A stretch of DNA of 64,000 nt from an uncultured Chloroflexia bacterium (GCA_963848815.1 CAWKFY010000019.1:13286-77285), one strand, 5' to 3'; positions 20,084-31,095 are shown, counted from the first letter of the stretch. The notes: generated by a model from the sequence alone, not told the origin. Numbers and translations are program-made.

Positions 20084-20118
20084 TTGTTGTATATTATAAT
20101 AGTTGGCATATACAACAA
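20084..20118. promoter_or_regulatory. 11-bp perfect inverted repeat TTGTTGTATAT-N13-ATATACAACAA with a TATAAT hexamer in the spacer; probable MarR operator/promoter
   Basis: Read directly from the sequence, 30 nt upstream of the marR-family start codon. Confidence 0.5.
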
Positions 20119-20147
20119 TCATGCTAAAAACCAGTTGGGAGGAGTCA

Positions 20148-20594
20148 ATGTTACAGGAGAAGCAGTACATCCAGTTTAATCAGGCACTGTTCTCGCTGGC
20201 CCATTCTTTTGAGCGCCGTGTGATGCAGGACAGGAGAGCGCGGGATGCCGGCCTTAAGCTATCCGACTGTGCAGTGCTGATGGTGCTGGGACAGACGCAG
20301 CCCACAACGGTCAGCCGTCTGTCCGACAACATGGCCATCAACAGGGGAACCATATCTCTTTATGTTCAGAGGCTGGAAGGGCGCGGCTTTATTGAACGTG
20401 AAAGAGATAAAAAGAATCGAAGGCTATGGTGGCTCACATTGACGGAGGCGGGCAAGGCAGCCTACAGTGCTATCGTGGACGGCACCATTGAACATGGCAG
20501 GGAATTGCTATCGTCGCTTGATCAGGATGAGCAGAAAGGTCTGCATAGACTGCTTTTAAAAACCTCTCATGCGCTGGGTTTCGGATGGCAATAG
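20148..20594 (+). CDS. MarR family transcriptional regulator
   Basis: Winged-helix region LSDCAVLMVLGQTQPTTVSRLSDNMAINRGTISLYVQRLEGRGFIER. GGAGG SD before the ATG at 20148. Confidence 0.85.
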   Translation: MLQEKQYIQFNQALFSLAHSFERRVMQDRRARDAGLKLSDCAVLMVLGQTQPTTVSRLSDNMAINRGTISLYVQRLEGRGFIERERDKKNRRLWWLTLTEAGKAAYSAIVDGTIEHGRELLSSLDQDEQKGLHRLLLKTSHALGFGWQ

Positions 20595-21928
20595 TCATGC
20601 AAAGAAGGCTTATTTTGATTAACCCCATCAACACCAGCCGCGCGGGCCTGTCGGTAAATCGAAGCTCCCGCTTTCCTCCACTGAGCTTGGCTATCATTGC
20701 TGCATTAACGCCGGATTCCTGGGATGTAATGCTGCTGGACGAGACATGGGAACCCTTTGCTTACCATGATGCCGACCTTGTCGGAATCACTTCCTTCACA
20801 GCGACCGCTTCACGGGCCTATGAAATAGCCCGGGTATACCGCGCAAAAGGTGTGCCGGTGGTACTGGGGGGTATACATGCCTCAATGTGTCCTGAAGAAG
20901 CCTTGAAATATGTAGACTGCGTAGTTGTCGGTGAGGCCGAGGCCGTCTGGCCCGCCATAATTACGGATTTTGAACGGGGTGCCCTGCAAACACGTTATCA
21001 CGGCTCCTGGGGCGACCTTGCTGGATATCCGCCACCCAAGCGCGACCTGTTCGACCCACGTTACATGTTTGCATCTGTACAGACTTCGCGCGGCTGCCCC
21101 ATGAACTGCGACTTCTGTTCGGTGACAGCCTTTAACGGAAGGCGTTACCGTCGCCGACCAGTAGCTGAGGTACTGGATGAACTATCGGGTATCCGTGAGA
21201 AACTGGTCTTCTTTGTCGACGACAATATAATTGGCTATGGCGAGGATGCAAAGAAGGGTGCGCTTGCTCTTTTTAAGGGAATGGTGGAGAGAAAGCTGGA
21301 CAAGTGGTGGTTCTGCCAGGCATCCATTAATTTCGCCGATGACGAAGAAATACTGAAATGGGCCTCGCTCGCAGGCTGCAAAATGGTCTTCCTTGGTTTA
21401 GAAGCGGATGACGAGAGTGCTCTGGCTGAGATAAATAAACAACTGAATTTAAAGCGCAAACCCTTAGCCTATAGTGAAGCCTTTAAACGCATTCATCGGG
21501 CTGGCATCGCAGTCTTGGGCGCCTTCATTTTTGGCATGGACGGTGATAACCCGGCAAAGCTTTGTGCACGGGCAAAATATATGGCGAAAAGTGCTATAGA
21601 TGTCATGCAGATTACGCATCTGACTCCTCTGCCGGGGACGCGCCTTTTCGAGAGGATTAGGGAGGACGGACGGCTTATTTATACGGATTTCCCCGCTGAT
21701 TGGAACCGTTATGACATGACTCAAGTGGTTCACAGGACCCTTTCAATGACCGAAGAGGACCTGGCGGCCGGCATATCGCGTTGCAGCCGTAAATTGTATT
21801 CCTGGCCGGTGATATTGAGAAAGGCTTACCAAAGCCTGTTATGGACACATAAGCTCACCACGACGATGTTTGCCCTTCAATCTAATATCAACTACCGCAA
21901 CGTTAGCAAGCACATTTTGAACGAGTAA
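20585..21928 (+). CDS. B12-binding domain radical SAM protein
   Basis: N-terminal B12-binding-like domain and a CPMNCDFC radical SAM cluster motif; 447 aa. Confidence 0.85.
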   Translation: MAIVMQRRLILINPINTSRAGLSVNRSSRFPPLSLAIIAALTPDSWDVMLLDETWEPFAYHDADLVGITSFTATASRAYEIARVYRAKGVPVVLGGIHASMCPEEALKYVDCVVVGEAEAVWPAIITDFERGALQTRYHGSWGDLAGYPPPKRDLFDPRYMFASVQTSRGCPMNCDFCSVTAFNGRRYRRRPVAEVLDELSGIREKLVFFVDDNIIGYGEDAKKGALALFKGMVERKLDKWWFCQASINFADDEEILKWASLAGCKMVFLGLEADDESALAEINKQLNLKRKPLAYSEAFKRIHRAGIAVLGAFIFGMDGDNPAKLCARAKYMAKSAIDVMQITHLTPLPGTRLFERIREDGRLIYTDFPADWNRYDMTQVVHRTLSMTEEDLAAGISRCSRKLYSWPVILRKAYQSLLWTHKLTTTMFALQSNINYRNVSKHILNE

Positions 21929-21956
21929 CGGGATCAGAATTACCGTTTGACAGCAT

Positions 21957-22514
21957 TCAGCCCTTTAACTTGTGCACAAGGTCCACCAGGGTCTGTACCA
22001 GTTGCTTGACAACGTCCCTGGTCGGCTGGTCCGTCAGCTTTCCGCTCTCATCGAATTTCTGCAGCGCGAAGGATACAAAAACTTCAGGATGGACGACCGC
22101 AACAACATCGAGGAAAAGGAAGGACTGCCTGAGGTGGTACTGCGACCTGGCGCCGCCCAGCATGCCGGTCGAGGCGCTCATAATGGCCACCGGCTTGCCG
22201 GACCAGACGCTGTCGCCATATGGCCTGGAGGCACAGTCGATGGCATTCTTGAGCACGCCCGGCACCGAGTAGTTATATTCGGGTGTGGCGATCAATACGG
22301 CATCGGCTGCACGGATCTTGCTTTTGAATTCCTTGACCCGGTTGGGCGGGTCCTTCTCCAGGTCCTGGTTAAAAGGGGGAATCCCTTCCAGATCGAAAAT
22401 TTCCATTGTAACGCCTTCTGGCAACATCTCCCCGGCCGCCCGCAGCAGCGACTTATTGAAAGAACCCTTTCTGAGGCTGCCGGCAACTCCCAAAATCTTA
22501 ATGTCTTTAGCCAT
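21957..22514 (-). CDS. NAD(P)H-dependent FMN reductase (flavodoxin-like fold)
   Basis: MAKDIKILGVAGSLRKGSFNKSLL N-terminus. Confidence 0.85.
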   Translation of the reverse strand: MAKDIKILGVAGSLRKGSFNKSLLRAAGEMLPEGVTMEIFDLEGIPPFNQDLEKDPPNRVKEFKSKIRAADAVLIATPEYNYSVPGVLKNAIDCASRPYGDSVWSGKPVAIMSASTGMLGGARSQYHLRQSFLFLDVVAVVHPEVFVSFALQKFDESGKLTDQPTRDVVKQLVQTLVDLVHKLKG

Positions 22515-22661
22515 TTAAAACCTCCTGCCATCCGATAAGCACTTCTTATATTGTACAAATATTTCCGGCAAATGCGTAAAACTGTATATAGGTGCGTACT
22601 ATGACGGATTTTGCACAATTTGCCTCATCTCCTTACACTATACCAGTAGGATATCGAATTT

Positions 22662-23084
22662 ATGAAGTGCCCGGTAGATAGGAGCGATATGATGGTGGTC
22701 GAGCATCGCAGGATCGAGTTGGACTACTGTCTGAAGTGCTCCGGGGTATGGCTGGCTTCGGAGGAATTGGAATTGCTGACGGCGCTATTGGAAGCCGGCG
22801 GCGCCGATCTTTCAGGCGGCCTGTTTTCCCCCCGCAAAGCGGTGGTGAATGAGGCCAAACGGAGGTGTCCCATCTGCGGCCGTAAAATGGACAAAGCCTG
22901 GCTGGGTAAGGAACCCGAAGTACTGATCGATAGCTGCCCTCGGGGCGACGGACTGTGGTTCGATAACGGGGAACTCCAGAAGGTTATACACCAGATGGAA
23001 CAGCCGGGCAACGCGCAATCGTCCGAAATTCTGGCCTTCCTGGGACATGCCTTCCAGGGCACGCATCAACATGGCGTTACATAG
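22662..23084 (+). CDS. zf-TFIIB-type zinc-ribbon domain protein
   Basis: CPVD...CLKCSGVW and CPICGRKM...CPRGDGLWFDNGEL. Confidence 0.55.
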   Translation: MKCPVDRSDMMVVEHRRIELDYCLKCSGVWLASEELELLTALLEAGGADLSGGLFSPRKAVVNEAKRRCPICGRKMDKAWLGKEPEVLIDSCPRGDGLWFDNGELQKVIHQMEQPGNAQSSEILAFLGHAFQGTHQHGVT

Positions 23085-23132
23085 GAATTTACACATATTA
23101 TCAACACCGGATGTTTTAATCGGAGGTGAAAG

Positions 23133-23723
23133 GTGATTTTCGGGATCGTTATCGCAGTAATCGTCGTTATTCTCATTTTAATCATCATAGGCATCTATAA
23201 CGGGCTGGTCGGGGCCCGCAACCAGGTCAAGAACGCCTGGGCGCAGATCGACGTTCAGCTCAAACGCCGGCACGACCTGATACCCAACCTGGTCGAGACC
23301 GTCAAAGGCTATATGGAACATGAGCGGGGCACGCTGGAAGCCGTCACTAATGCACGCAACCTGGCGCAGTCGTTGTCCAGCGCCGGACCCGCCGACCGGG
23401 CGAAGGCGGAAGGTGATCTGAGCTCGGCCCTCTCCCGCCTGCTGGCCGTGGTGGAAAACTACCCCAACCTGAAGGCCAACGAGAACTTCCTGTCGCTACA
23501 GGAAGAGCTATCCTCCACCGAGAACAAGATCAGTTTCTCCCGCCAGTTCTATAACGATACCGTGCTTAAATACAACAATATGATCCAGATGTTCCCTTCC
23601 AATATCATCGCCGGGATGGGCAATTTCAAGCAGGAAGAGTTTTTCGAGGTCAAGGCAGCCGAAGAGCGTGAAGCCCCTAAAGTCAGCTTCGCTAAACCCG
23701 GTGACACTTCAGGCACTAAGTAA
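23133..23723 (+). CDS. LemA family protein
   Basis: N-terminal TM helix plus NQVKNAWAQIDVQLKRRHDLIPNLVE. Confidence 0.85.
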   Translation: MIFGIVIAVIVVILILIIIGIYNGLVGARNQVKNAWAQIDVQLKRRHDLIPNLVETVKGYMEHERGTLEAVTNARNLAQSLSSAGPADRAKAEGDLSSALSRLLAVVENYPNLKANENFLSLQEELSSTENKISFSRQFYNDTVLKYNNMIQMFPSNIIAGMGNFKQEEFFEVKAAEEREAPKVSFAKPGDTSGTK

Positions 23724-23728
23724 AATCA

Positions 23729-24933
23729 ATGTGGGAACAGATCAGGGATAATCAGATCAGGTCGGTGATTCTGGTAACCTTCATGGGCATTATCTTGCTC
23801 TTGATTGGTTTCTTCATCGGGCTATATTTTTTAGACAGCCCCATCGCCGGCGTGATCATCGCCGCCCTCGTCTGGGGCATCATGAACCTGATAGCCCTCT
23901 TCCAGGGCGACAACATATTGCTGGGCATGTCGGGAGCAAAAAAATCGGGCCCGACGACCATCCCCGCCTTTATAACGTGGTCGAGGAAATGAAGATTGCC
24001 TCCGGACTGCAGAAGATGCCCGACGTCTACATCATAGACGACCCGGCGCTCAACGCCTTTTCTACTGGACGTGATCCGGACCACGCATCTATAGCCATCA
24101 CCTCGGGACTGCTTAACAAGCTCAACCGCGACGAGCTGCAGGGCGTCATCGGCCATGAAATAGGCCATATAGTCAACCGGGATATACGGTTGATGATGCT
24201 GGCCAGCATCCTGCTAGGCTCCATCGTCATACTGGCATGGTATGCCACCCGCATCTTATTTTTCAGCGGCATGGGGGGCAGGAGAAGCTCCGGTGGTAGC
24301 GGAGGCGGAGCGGCCATGCTGATCATCCTGATAGTGGGTCTGGTGCTGATGATACTGGCGCCCATCATGGCGCAGCTCATCTACTTCGCCGTCTCCCGCA
24401 GGAGGGAATACCTGGCCGACGCCTCTTCGGCCCTGTATACTCGCTACCCGGAAGGCCTGGCCTCGGCGCTGGAGAAGCTGGAAAACAATGATACCAAGGT
24501 GCAGACTGCCAACAAGGCCATGGCCCCCTTGTATATCAGCAACCCGTTCTATAAGGGCGGCTCGGCAGGCAACGACCTCTTCGCCACGCACCCTCCTCTG
24601 GCCGACAGGATACGTATCCTGCGTTCAATGCACGGCGCTTCCTACGCCGATTATGATAGTTCTTACAAACAGGTGGAGAACGAGAACGTCATCCCGGCCT
24701 CCATCCTGAAAGACGCCTCGACAGTAGGCCTGAGGGAGGCATCCGCCGGCGCCCAGGCCGGCGAGGTACAGGACCGTATAGACCGGGCCCGCGAGACATC
24801 TAACCTGTTGTGGAAGATGAACAACTACAGGTCCCTCAACTGCGAGAACTGCGGCACCGGGCTGAAGCTTCCACCGGGTTATAACCAGCCGACCGTCCAA
24901 TGCCCGCATTGCGGATATGTAAACAAATTGTAG
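23729..24933 (+). CDS. M48 family zinc metalloprotease (HtpX-like) with a C-terminal zinc ribbon; frameshift in an A7 run at 23938-23944
   Basis: Pieces are 23729..23992 and 23977..24933. HEIGH zinc motif. The reading frames join as GAKK|IGPDDHPRLYNVVEEMK exactly at the homopolymer. Confidence 0.8.
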
Positions 24934-24959
24934 ACGGTCCGATTACGATATCTTCCGGC

Positions 24960-25634
24960 CTAGGTGTAAAACTTCGCCACTTTATCCAGCGGTTCCCTTT
25001 CGGTGCGGAACTTATTGACGGGATCGTCCGCCGCGTATCCAATGGGTATGCCCATGACCAGCAGTTTGGAGTCGGGTAGGCCCAATATCTTGCGTATAAC
25101 GTCGGGATAAAGGACGGGCTGTATGGCGGGTATGGTACCCAGGCCGAAATCGGTCGCCAGCAGCATGATACCCTGCGCTATGAGGCCGCAGTCAAACAGG
25201 TTCCATACATTGGTGGTTTCTTCCGCCATATAGAAGGAGCGTTCTATCATCACGTAGATGCAGCTGGGTGCGCCCCACAGGTTGAAACCGCGCAGCCCCC
25301 ACTCCATTCTTTTCTGCTTATCTTCACGGGCAACGCCCAGCTTATCCAACACCCCGGCCATTACAGCGCTGCGCCGGCTGGCCCATGGCTCAGGGTATTT
25401 CATGGGTATGGATATGTCCAGGACGGGCAACTTGCCGGAACTGGCTATAAAGGCCTTTTTGATCTCCTCCAACTTTGCGCCTGAGACTATGGCAAACTCC
25501 CAGGGCTGGCTATTGGACGCCGAGGGCGAGCGCAATGCGCCGGCAACGATGTTCTTTAATATATCCTGAGGTACCGGGTCGGGTTTAAAGCTTCTGATAG
25601 ATCTCCGTTTGTTGATGGCTTCAGATACATCCAT
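24960..25634 (-). CDS. Nitroreductase family protein
   Basis: INKRRSIRSFKPDPVP...SASNSQPWEF. Confidence 0.85.
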   Translation of the reverse strand: MDVSEAINKRRSIRSFKPDPVPQDILKNIVAGALRSPSASNSQPWEFAIVSGAKLEEIKKAFIASSGKLPVLDISIPMKYPEPWASRRSAVMAGVLDKLGVAREDKQKRMEWGLRGFNLWGAPSCIYVMIERSFYMAEETTNVWNLFDCGLIAQGIMLLATDFGLGTIPAIQPVLYPDVIRKILGLPDSKLLVMGIPIGYAADDPVNKFRTEREPLDKVAKFYT

Positions 25635-25782
25635 GTCACCTGCTCCTCCTGCTCTTGCCTGCAGACTTAATAAACTAATGATAGCCCCTATAGGGGTTGC
25701 GGTAAAATCATTAGGGCGAAACGCATCCGGCTATTATAATATAAAAAGCAGGCTAAAACCGTTAATTTTTCGAGGTGACAAA

Positions 25783-26829
25783 ATGGAAAAAATAAGGCTG
25801 GGAAAGACCAATTTGATGGTTACCAGGGTCGGCTTCGGAGGGATACCTATACAGAGGCTCAAGGAGGATGAGGCCATAGCCGTGGTCAAGAGATGCCTCG
25901 ACCTCGGCATAAATTTTCTGGATACGGCCAACGCCTATTCTACCAGCGAAGAAAGGATCGGCAAGGCCATCGCAGGGAGAAGGGAAGGCCTGATACTGGC
26001 TACGAAAAGCACCTCCAGGTCGGCCGATGGGGTCAGGAAACACCTCGACCAGAGCCTCAGGCAACTCGGCGTGGACTCGATCGACCTTTACCAGTTTCAC
26101 AGTGTCAGCGACTTCGCGTCACTGGACATGGTGCTGGCCCCCGAAGGTCCCATGGCGGTCGTGGAAGAGGCCAAAAAGGCGGGAAAAATCAAACATGTCG
26201 GCATAACCAGCCATCAGATCGACGTGGCCAAGAAAGCGGTGGCCACCGGCCGCTTCGAGACGGTCATGTTCCCCTTCAACTTCGTTACGGATGAGGCGGA
26301 GAGCGAGCTGCTGCCGCTGGCCCGGAAGTACGACGTGGGGTTTATAGATATGAAACCGTTGGCCGGCGGCATGATAACCGATGCCGAAATCGCTTTCAAG
26401 TACCTTTTCCAGTTCCCGGACGTGGCGACCATACCCGGTATAGAGAAACCGCACGAGATCGACGAGATAGTCGGGATTTTGAAGGGGCCCCTGAAGATAA
26501 CGGCAGCGGAAAAGAATCAGATGCAGAAATTGAAAAAACAGCTCGGCACCAGGTTCTGCCACCGCTGCGACTACTGCCAGCCCTGCAAGGAGGGCATCGC
26601 CATATCGACCGTTATGATTTACCCCAGCCTGGCACAGCGCCTTCCGTCATCTCAACTATTCTCAGGTATATGGTCGGCCGTAATGGAAAAAGCTGCAACC
26701 TGCAGCCTGTGCGGCGAATGTGAAGAACGCTGTCCCTATCACCTGCCCATCAGGGACATGGTCGCCGAGCACTATGAGCAGTATGAAAGGGATAAGACCA
26801 ACTTTGAGAAGACCGGGGCTTTGCCATAA
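25783..26829 (+). CDS. Aldo/keto reductase with a C-terminal 4Fe-4S-type cysteine cluster
   Basis: MEKIRLGKTNLMVTRVGFGG AKR N-terminus. C-terminal CDYCQPC...CSLCGECEERCP. GAGGTGA SD precedes the ATG. Confidence 0.85.
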   Translation: MEKIRLGKTNLMVTRVGFGGIPIQRLKEDEAIAVVKRCLDLGINFLDTANAYSTSEERIGKAIAGRREGLILATKSTSRSADGVRKHLDQSLRQLGVDSIDLYQFHSVSDFASLDMVLAPEGPMAVVEEAKKAGKIKHVGITSHQIDVAKKAVATGRFETVMFPFNFVTDEAESELLPLARKYDVGFIDMKPLAGGMITDAEIAFKYLFQFPDVATIPGIEKPHEIDEIVGILKGPLKITAAEKNQMQKLKKQLGTRFCHRCDYCQPCKEGIAISTVMIYPSLAQRLPSSQLFSGIWSAVMEKAATCSLCGECEERCPYHLPIRDMVAEHYEQYERDKTNFEKTGALP

Positions 26830-26830
26830 T

Positions 26831-27571
26831 TCAAGCCGATGAAGATGCCGGCCTGCGGGCCAGGGCCACTGTAAGGATACCGATTATGGTGATTAAGAGT
26901 GTGAAGGCCAGCACTCCCCAGGTCTCCGGTTGGTCCATCTGCATGATAAGCAGGACGTCCATAATCATCATGCCGAAGAAAAAAGCCAGGTAGCGCGGCC
27001 AGATACGGCCCGGTTTGGCCGCCAGTACTTCGATAAGCAATATGATGACGAATGGTATGAGCAGTGCATCGAAGGCCTTAACGTCAACATCGGTTTCGGT
27101 AGTTCCCCCGGGCAGCCGGATCAGGTAGTAGGTCAGCGCCAGAGACCCCAGCAGTACGTAGGATATACAGGCCAGGTACTTTTTCACTTTTCCCGCCTGC
27201 GGGGCCGAAGGTGTGAGCAGATCGTCCTTATGATGATGTCTCTCCACTATCATGTCCACGACGATCAGGATTACCAACACGGCACTAATGGCTGCAGTGT
27301 TGGGATGCGGAAGCCACTCCAGCGAAATGGGGATGATTAAAGCGGTCGCCAGAAGCGCCAGTATCCATGAGACGGTCCTATGGTTGAAAAAGGCCAACCC
27401 TACCGCCAGGAAGGCCATTGACTCGCCGTAGTTGTGCCCCCAGTGCGGATTCTGCAAAAAGGTCTGATACCAGGGAAAAAGCCACAGCCCCAGCCAAAGA
27501 AATCCCATGAGCACCAGCGGTGAACCCCCATTGATAAAGATTTCGTCGATTTCCCTAGCCAGTTTGTTCAT
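26831..27571 (-). CDS. Polytopic membrane protein, hypothetical
   Basis: About 6 TM helices; no family recognised. Confidence 0.5.
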   Translation of the reverse strand: MNKLAREIDEIFINGGSPLVLMGFLWLGLWLFPWYQTFLQNPHWGHNYGESMAFLAVGLAFFNHRTVSWILALLATALIIPISLEWLPHPNTAAISAVLVILIVVDMIVERHHHKDDLLTPSAPQAGKVKKYLACISYVLLGSLALTYYLIRLPGGTTETDVDVKAFDALLIPFVIILLIEVLAAKPGRIWPRYLAFFFGMMIMDVLLIMQMDQPETWGVLAFTLLITIIGILTVALARRPASSSA

Positions 27572-27731
27572 GATCCTTCTTGCCTCCCTGAGTCGGAACG
27601 TTAGTTAAGCCAGGACAATTTTATAGCAAAGTGGCCCGCCTGTTAAATTTGACCGCAATATTCGTGGCGGATGAAAGCCAATGCTATACTATGAACATAC
27701 TCATAGCCAGTCGAGAAACGGCGGGAAAATC

Positions 27732-28385
27732 ATGGATTCCGTTCTTATTATGGTTCGTTACCCGGCTGCGGGCAAGGTAAAAACGAGATTGGCCGCAGCT
27801 ATGGGAGAGGAGAAGGCTGCCGACTTCTACCGCATATGTGCCCACCGCATTTTACGGGAAATGGGAAACCTGCCGGATAGTATCGGCAAGTATATCTTTT
27901 ACACAGACAGCAGGGACCGGCAGGGTATGATGGAGTGGGCCGGACCGGGTTTTATGCTGCGGGAACAGGTCGGAGTTGACCTGGGGCAGCGCCTGACCAA
28001 CGCTTTTAAAGAAGCCTTTGCCGATGGGGTGGGGAAAGCCGTTATTCTTGCCAGCGACGTACCAGATATCTCGGCCGACATCATTAACGAGTCCCTGCAG
28101 GCGCTGGACCATTACGATCTTGTCCTGGGACCATGCCATGATGGTGGCTATTACCTGTTAGGGATGAACGCAGCGCATCCACAGCTTTTCCAGGGTATTC
28201 CCTGGAGTTCTCCTGAGGTGACTGAGAGGACGCTGGCGCGAGCCGGCAAGCTAGGATTAAAAATATTCATGCTGCCTGCACTGATCGACATCGACGACTT
28301 CGCCGACTTCAAAGCGTGGCTATCGCAATGTGGCGAAACGAAGGGGGCGCTGGCCGATTTCCTAGCCGGTTTTTCTGCAGTGTGA
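27732..28385 (+). CDS. DUF2064 / TIGR04282-like glycosyltransferase (arsenosugar-biosynthesis-type)
   Basis: MDSVLIMVRYPAAGKVKTRLA...DVPDISADIINESL...HDGGYYLLG. Confidence 0.7.
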   Translation: MDSVLIMVRYPAAGKVKTRLAAAMGEEKAADFYRICAHRILREMGNLPDSIGKYIFYTDSRDRQGMMEWAGPGFMLREQVGVDLGQRLTNAFKEAFADGVGKAVILASDVPDISADIINESLQALDHYDLVLGPCHDGGYYLLGMNAAHPQLFQGIPWSSPEVTERTLARAGKLGLKIFMLPALIDIDDFADFKAWLSQCGETKGALADFLAGFSAV

Positions 28386-28424
28386 CTATAATTAGTTAAG
28401 GCAATTATTTTGGAGGGGAATGAT

Positions 28425-28757
28425 ATGAGCTACTATGAGCCTGAAGACCTTAAACGGTTCGGAGAAATAGGTGATTTCAGGAAGGACCTGGCCGATAAAT
28501 TTTTTTCTTACTATGGCGCAAGCACTTCCACCGAAGGCGCTTTGACGGTGCGCGAAAAGGCCCTCATCGGGCTGGCCGTGGCGCATGCAAAGGAATGCCC
28601 TTATTGCATAGATGCCTTCACCACCAAGTGCCTCGAGGCCGGGGCCAATCCGGACCAGATGACCGAGGCGGTCCACGTAGCATCGGCAGTCGGCGCCGCC
28701 GCTATACTGGTCATGGGAGTACAAATGCATAATGCCATGAAACGCAGCGGGGTCTAG
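28425..28757 (+). CDS. Carboxymuconolactone decarboxylase / AhpD-like peroxidase-like protein (arsenosugar-cluster type)
   Basis: AHAKECPYCIDAF CxxC motif. GGAGGGG SD precedes the ATG at 28425. Confidence 0.75.
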   Translation: MSYYEPEDLKRFGEIGDFRKDLADKFFSYYGASTSTEGALTVREKALIGLAVAHAKECPYCIDAFTTKCLEAGANPDQMTEAVHVASAVGAAAILVMGVQMHNAMKRSGV

Positions 28758-28758
28758 A

Positions 28759-29749
28759 ATGGACCAGGCAGAATTTAATTTCACAGCCACGCTGGCACGG
28801 CACCATCTGGAGATAATGCCTGTATCTCTGGACACGATGCAATTAAATATCACCAGACAATGCAACCAGGCGTGCGTCCACTGCCATGTCGACGCTTCGC
28901 CGCAAAGAAATGAAGCGATGGGCCGGCCCGTTATCGAGCGCTGCCTGGAAATCCTGGCCGCGCAACGACAGGATAAGCATCGTGGATATAACCGGCGGCG
29001 CACCGGAGCTACATCCGCAATTCCGTGACTTGGTGGAAAAAGCCGCTAAACTGGGGAAAAAGGTGATGGTCAGGCATAACCTGACTGTGATGCTGGATGG
29101 TAATCCCCAAGACGGGGAAAAGATGGATGACCTGCCGCAATTCTTTGCGGAGAACCGGGTGGAGATCATTGCTTCATTACCCTATTACCAGGAATTTTTT
29201 ACCGACAGGCAGCGCGGCGCAGGCGTATTTGAAAAAAGCATTGCCGCCCTTAAGCTGCTAAATAAAGAGGGCTATGGCAAGGATGGCAGCGGGCTTATAC
29301 TCAACCTGGTCTACAACCCGGCCGGGGCTTTTCTTCCCGCCTCCCAGGCCTCGCTGGAGGCCGACTTTAAACGAGAGCTGCTTACACGCTACGGCATAGT
29401 TTTCAACCGGCTCTACGCTCTGACCAATATGCCGGTAAACCGCTTCAGGGCACAGCTTGAACGGTCGGGCATATACGGGGACTACATGCTGAAACTGAAG
29501 AGCGCTTTTAACCCGGTTGCTGCGCTGAACATGATGTGCCGCAGCCAGATGAGTGTAGACTGCGACGGAAAGATATATGATTGCGATTTTAACCAGATGC
29601 TGGGGTTGCAGTCAGCCATCCCGGAGGGTGCTGTGACGGTCTTCAATTTTGACTGCCATGAATTCTTGAAGAGGCGCATCGTTTTCGGAGCGCATTGTTT
29701 CGGCTGCACCGCAGGCGCCGGGAGCAGTTGTGGCGGAGCCATTACATAG
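28759..29749 (+). CDS. arsS: ArsS-like radical SAM protein (arsenosugar biosynthesis type); frameshift near 28955
   Basis: Pieces are 28759..29028 and 28886..29749. CNQACVHC radical SAM motif. Reading frames rejoin at ...EILAA|NDRISIVDITGGAPELHPQF. Confidence 0.75.
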
Positions 29750-31091
29750 GTGACGGTTGCGCTGGCTCGTCCGCCAGCTTCAGCTCATGTTTAAACAGTA
29801 ATTCCCATGCCATCCACGCGCCGACTACCATGTATTCCACGCCCACCAGCCATAAATTTTCCGTATAGGGGAAGGTCTGATAGGCGGAATAACTCAAAAT
29901 AATCAATCCCGACCATACTATCGCATAGCGGAAACGGGTAAAGACCGAGAACATGACCAGCGGCGTCACATACCAGGGGTGAATGGTGGTTGAACAAAGC
30001 AGATAGACCGTCAGGCAGAAGAGCATGCCGGTGAACAAGGACTGCCAGTTAATCGTCTTCTGCCTCCAGGCTATGGCAATAATGGCTGCCAAGGCCAGCA
30101 GGCCGAGGGCAATGCCGTTAAACGCGATCGTATCGTAGCCCTTGACCAGGTAGCCGATCCACCTGGCAATATAATAAAGGCTGGCGTTGAATTCGAAGAC
30201 CTGAAAATAAAGGGACAGGCTTGTCAGGAAATTCGAGACTGACTGAAGGCTGAGGAAGGGTGCAAAGAGGAGCAACACCACAACGCCCACAATGGCGAAA
30301 TAACGGAGGCTTTTAGCCAGGCCGAGGCGCTTGATCAGCAGGGGCAGAAAGATAAGCGGTATCAGCTTGCTTCCAACCGCCAGGGCGAAGCCCAAGGCCG
30401 AGAGAACCTGCCGTTCCCGGATAAGCAGGTAGACTGCCAGTAGCAAGAAGAAGATCATCAGAGATTCAGGGTGCAGGTTGCCGGTCAGCTCTACAATGAC
30501 CAGGGGATTAAAAGCGTATAGAAGCACCGAAGATGGCGGAAAGCCCAGCAGTTTGGCTGTCCTGCCGAGGAGAATCAGTGTGCCGAACTCGGCCGCCAGC
30601 GTAAAAATGCGGATGGAGATGATATTGGCCAGGAGGTTGCTTCCCCAGATTCCCGCGCTCAGGCCGAAGATGAACTGGCAGACCGGAGGATATACGGTGA
30701 AATAGCCCTGGGAATTCAGGTCTGAGTAAAGCGACGGATCGATGCCAGGCACTGTCTGGCCGCTCTGCATGAAAGCAGACGGCGACGTCAGGAAGGGGTT
30801 ATGGCCGTGGGCGAAAAGAAGGCCGTCCCAGATGAACCTGAAAAAATCGTCCGACAGGTTGGGTGTCATGAGAAGCAGGGACAGCCGGAAGAGCAGCGCT
30901 ATCCCAATGGCAAAATTCAAGTTATTGGAGAAAACTCTGCTGCGGATTATCACCAGGTAAAGAGCAAAGAGGAAAAGATAGAGCAGCAGGACCTGGACAA
31001 AGCTGGTCCTGACCGTAAAATAGCCCAGCCAGATGTAGCCTGCCAGTGAAAAAGCGACAAGACACGCCTGGAGCGCTTTATATCTCAGCAT
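29742..31091 (-). CDS. Large polytopic membrane protein, possibly a GT-C-fold glycosyltransferase (DUF2029-like)
   Basis: 449 aa with 12 or more TM segments. Placed with GT2/DPM-synthase-like genes. The family assignment is inference. Confidence 0.5.
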   Translation of the reverse strand: MLRYKALQACLVAFSLAGYIWLGYFTVRTSFVQVLLLYLFLFALYLVIIRSRVFSNNLNFAIGIALLFRLSLLLMTPNLSDDFFRFIWDGLLFAHGHNPFLTSPSAFMQSGQTVPGIDPSLYSDLNSQGYFTVYPPVCQFIFGLSAGIWGSNLLANIISIRIFTLAAEFGTLILLGRTAKLLGFPPSSVLLYAFNPLVIVELTGNLHPESLMIFFLLLAVYLLIRERQVLSALGFALAVGSKLIPLIFLPLLIKRLGLAKSLRYFAIVGVVVLLLFAPFLSLQSVSNFLTSLSLYFQVFEFNASLYYIARWIGYLVKGYDTIAFNGIALGLLALAAIIAIAWRQKTINWQSLFTGMLFCLTVYLLCSTTIHPWYVTPLVMFSVFTRFRYAIVWSGLIILSYSAYQTFPYTENLWLVGVEYMVVGAWMAWELLFKHELKLADEPAQPSPM

Positions 31092-31095
31092 TCGA

